A stretch of 63,516 nucleotides of DNA from Gracilinanus agilis. Taxonomy: Eukaryota. Shown piece by piece: positions 60,401 to 63,516 of this stretch. The position numbers and the translations under genes are program-made. The first letter of the stretch is position 1. Each line of letters begins with the position of its first letter. Location of the stretch: the NCBI RefSeq assembly GCF_016433145.1, contig NC_058130.1, positions 801,137,137 to 801,200,652 on the forward strand, in the 5' to 3' direction. A model generated the notes under the pieces. It worked only from the letters and a program-made list of their open reading frames with translations. It had not been told where the DNA came from and searched no databases.

Positions 60401-63400
60401 GATAATAAGGAAAAATGTTTGTACAAAAATATTTATAGCCACACTCTTTGTGGTGGCAAAAAATTGGAAAATGAGGGGGTGTCCCTTGATTGGGGAATGA
60501 CTGAACAAAGTGTGGCCTATGGTGGTAATGGAATATTATTGTGCTATAAGGAATGGTGAACTATTTGATTTCTATAAGAACTAGGAAGAGCTACATGAAC
60601 TGATGCAGCATGAAATGAACAGAACCAGGAGAATATTATAACTGAAACACTGTGGGACAATCAAATGTGATACTTTGCTTCTAACAAAAATCTAGGACAA
60701 TCCTGAAGGACTTATGAGAAAGAATACTATCAACATCTAGAGGAAGAACTGTGGGAGTAGAAATGCAGAAGAAAAACATATGATTTGTCATTTGTTTATA
60801 TGGATGTAGGTTTGGGGTTTTGGATTTAAAAGATTATTACAAAAATGAATAATATGGAAATGGGGTTTGAGTGATAATACATGTATAACCTGATGGGGTT
60901 GCTTTTCAGCCATGGGATGGGGGAAAAGGAGAGGGAGAGAACATGAATCATGTAACCATGGAAAAAATATTTAAAAATAATAATACAATTATATTTTAAA
61001 AAAACCCATAATGCCCACAGACCTGCCATCCAGTCAAAGGATCCAATCAGAAGGGCAGAAGAGACTGATGAGTATGGAGGTTTATTTAATCTTGGAGGAT
61101 AATGAGGTTTCCCAGTAGGTTTCCTGGGGAGGGGAAAGGCATGAAGGAGGGGTCCAAAGAGAATATCTTTTAAACTGTTAGAGGAAATTTTCAGAGCAGA
61201 TCTAAATCAGCCTTTCTGGGTTTTCATTAAGTTCACAGATTGAGCTCCTCACTTGAGAGGAAAACCAAGTCTGGTGGACACCCAGGAAAAGGTGCACTTG
61301 GACACTCTGTTCTTCTTTGTGGTAGAGCCACTCTGACTTTTGTGTGGTACGCCCAAAACACTGCAGGATAAATCATTTTAAAAGCAAGAGGTTTGGTATT
61401 CAGTCCATTTTAGCTGTAGAAGTCTAATTTTAATCCCTTGAAAAGTAGGCTTTCTTTATCCTTTTTGCATGGTGGCAGATCCACTGGCACTAGTGATCTG
61501 GCTTAGGAACAGAATTTTGTTGCTTTCAGGAAATTCCATAACCCCTGTGATTCTGCTCAGGGCACCCCAAACTTGTTACAAGTGAGAAGTTGATATTTAA
61601 ATGATTTTTTAGGCTTGAATGAATCAGCTCACAAATCATTTCCTTGTTCAAAAACATAAAGGTTGAAGAATGACCTTTTTTTGGCAATCAGTAGATTCTC
61701 CGTAGTAAAGGTCTGTGTCACCACAAGACCACCAAGTACTTCCCCCTTTAACCCAGAAGGGCACATTCTTGTTCAAGAGATTCTGTTGGCCATTTTGCTG
61801 TGGTTGACCAAAATTGCTCAGTATACCACCAGTCTAATAAAAATCTTACTTCAGGATCAATGGTGCCTCAGTCCTGGGAATGCTGTAAAGGGTATTGACC
61901 CATTACTAATCATTGGTATATTGACTACACGAATAGTTGTATAAGGTGTGAACAGGTTCTCAATTTGTTCATTGGAAAAATATGGCCACCAGGCAGTTCT
62001 AAAAAATCTTTCTCAGGCCAGTTATTAAAAAAAACTTATTTATTATAACTACTAATTAAATAAATAAAAGGGAAGTAAAAGGAAGTAAAGGAAATTAAGT
62101 ATTATAAAAGATTTCCTATTAAGTAATAAAAACTACATGTTTCCCAACCAGCTTTCATCACTTGGCCTTCCTACTTAATTCTACACTGAACTTACTAAAT
62201 TATAATTTCTATCTTACTATCCTAATTCCAAAACAAAATATTACTTAACGTGGTAGAGATATTTCTTTCCGTTAGCCAAGATCTTGATGTGAAACTGAGT
62301 CGGTGGCTGTGACGGTCCAGCAGCTGCCTTTTGCTGCCCGCAGAGGGGCTCTGAGTTATGGCCCCGGAGCTCCTTTGTCTTTGGTCCAAAAGTGTTCAAA
62401 TTAGATCAGATGTTATAAATGTTACAAAATGTTATAAAATGTTACAAAATGTTATAAAATGTAGATGTTATAAATCCTTCACAAACTCTCCAAGGCTGAC
62501 TGAATAGGAAAGTCAGGAACAGCCAACCTCTCCATCCCTCTTGATGAAATTAGTACTGAGGGTCCAATTTTGGAGAAGTTGAAGGAAATTCAGAACCATT
62601 CAAACACTCACATGAATTTAAATACGCTTCTTTATTTGCATTGTTATTTCCTTTTCCTGAGCAGATCTTGGGGGTGAACAAAGGTAGGTCCATTTCAAAT
62701 TCCTGAAGCCCCTATTGGGGGTGACAGTGGGGGAATGTGAGGTTTGAAAAAGACAAGGAAGAGAGCTTTTGGAGGAAGGATTCACCAGAAAAAAGAACTA
62801 TTAAGCTATTATTTAGTGAGCAAATATTGGCCCAGATCATTGAAAGGAAATAAGAATGAAGTTATAGGTGTGAGTGAACCCTGATTTAATGCTGAAACTA
62901 AATCATGCTGTGGTTTCATTGACAGTGAAGTATATTTTCTTACTGAGTGTAATATAAACTTTTATTGAATTGGAACTCAATGTAAATAATCATGTTAATC
63001 ACGATAAATACACTGCTAATTGTTTTTATAATTATTTCTTTAATGAAGTCTGATTATAATTTTAAAGGAATAGAATTACTTTATAGTAGATAACTTTATA
63101 CATAGTTTTAAATGTGATAAAAAGCAATCCTGCATAAGATCATTTGAAAATTTGGCAATGAGTTGTTTTATTTTTTAAATTCTTGAATATTGCTCACAAT
63201 AAGGTGAAATTTGGTAAATTGTTGTAAAGGCATATTTCCCTTTGTTCTAGATGTTATTAAATTATGAACTAAACTTTTTAAAACAATTATATATATGTAT
63301 ATATTTGGAAAAGTTGTGATGTTATCTTATCAACCCTGTTGATAATGTGTTTTGATAGCCTATAGCATTCTGATTCTAAATTCTTATTTTGAAACTTTTT

Positions 63401-63461
63401 CTTCTGAAGTGATTTGGCTATTTGTGGAAATGATAAATTAATTTATCATATCAAGTGGCTT

Positions 63462-63516
<55 letters not shown>

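Larger units (their letters stand above)
28679..63516. repeat. ~17.17-kb inverted duplication: 28679-45848 is the reverse complement of 46349-63516
   Basis: Every ORF has a mirror partner. Coordinate sums are 92195 outside and 92197 inside a (CA)24 versus (TG)23 microsatellite. Both arm ends mirror to the base (28679+63516=92195; 45848+46349=92197). Confidence 0.97.

Overview
Vertebrate genomic DNA, very likely a didelphid marsupial (opossum-type SINE1-like, MIR, L1 and ERV repeats), in two very different halves. The left half (1-28178) is very GC-rich (about 60-70% by eye) and holds three spliced genes. They are the last 7 coding exons of SMTNL2 (+), a complete and intact 9-exon, 319-aa mitochondrial citrate-carrier paralogue (SLC25A1-like, -), and the first 5 coding exons of TEKT1 (+), which stop at a 500-N gap. 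The SLC25A1-like gene and TEKT1 are head-to-head across a ~0.5-kb CpG-rich promoter with two RFX X-box-like motifs. The right half (28679-63516) is AT-rich and repeat-dense. It is a single ~17.17-kb sequence present twice in mirror orientation around another 500-N gap. Each copy has L1/SINE/LTR/ERV remnants and the intact 7TM exon of a vomeronasal type-2 receptor. The mirror duplication is most likely an assembly or scaffolding artefact, although a real palindrome cannot be excluded from sequence alone. The best candidate for new biology is a second mitochondrial citrate carrier that may be co-regulated with a motile-cilium/sperm-tail tektin. Reference-protein comparisons are from memory, not database searches.
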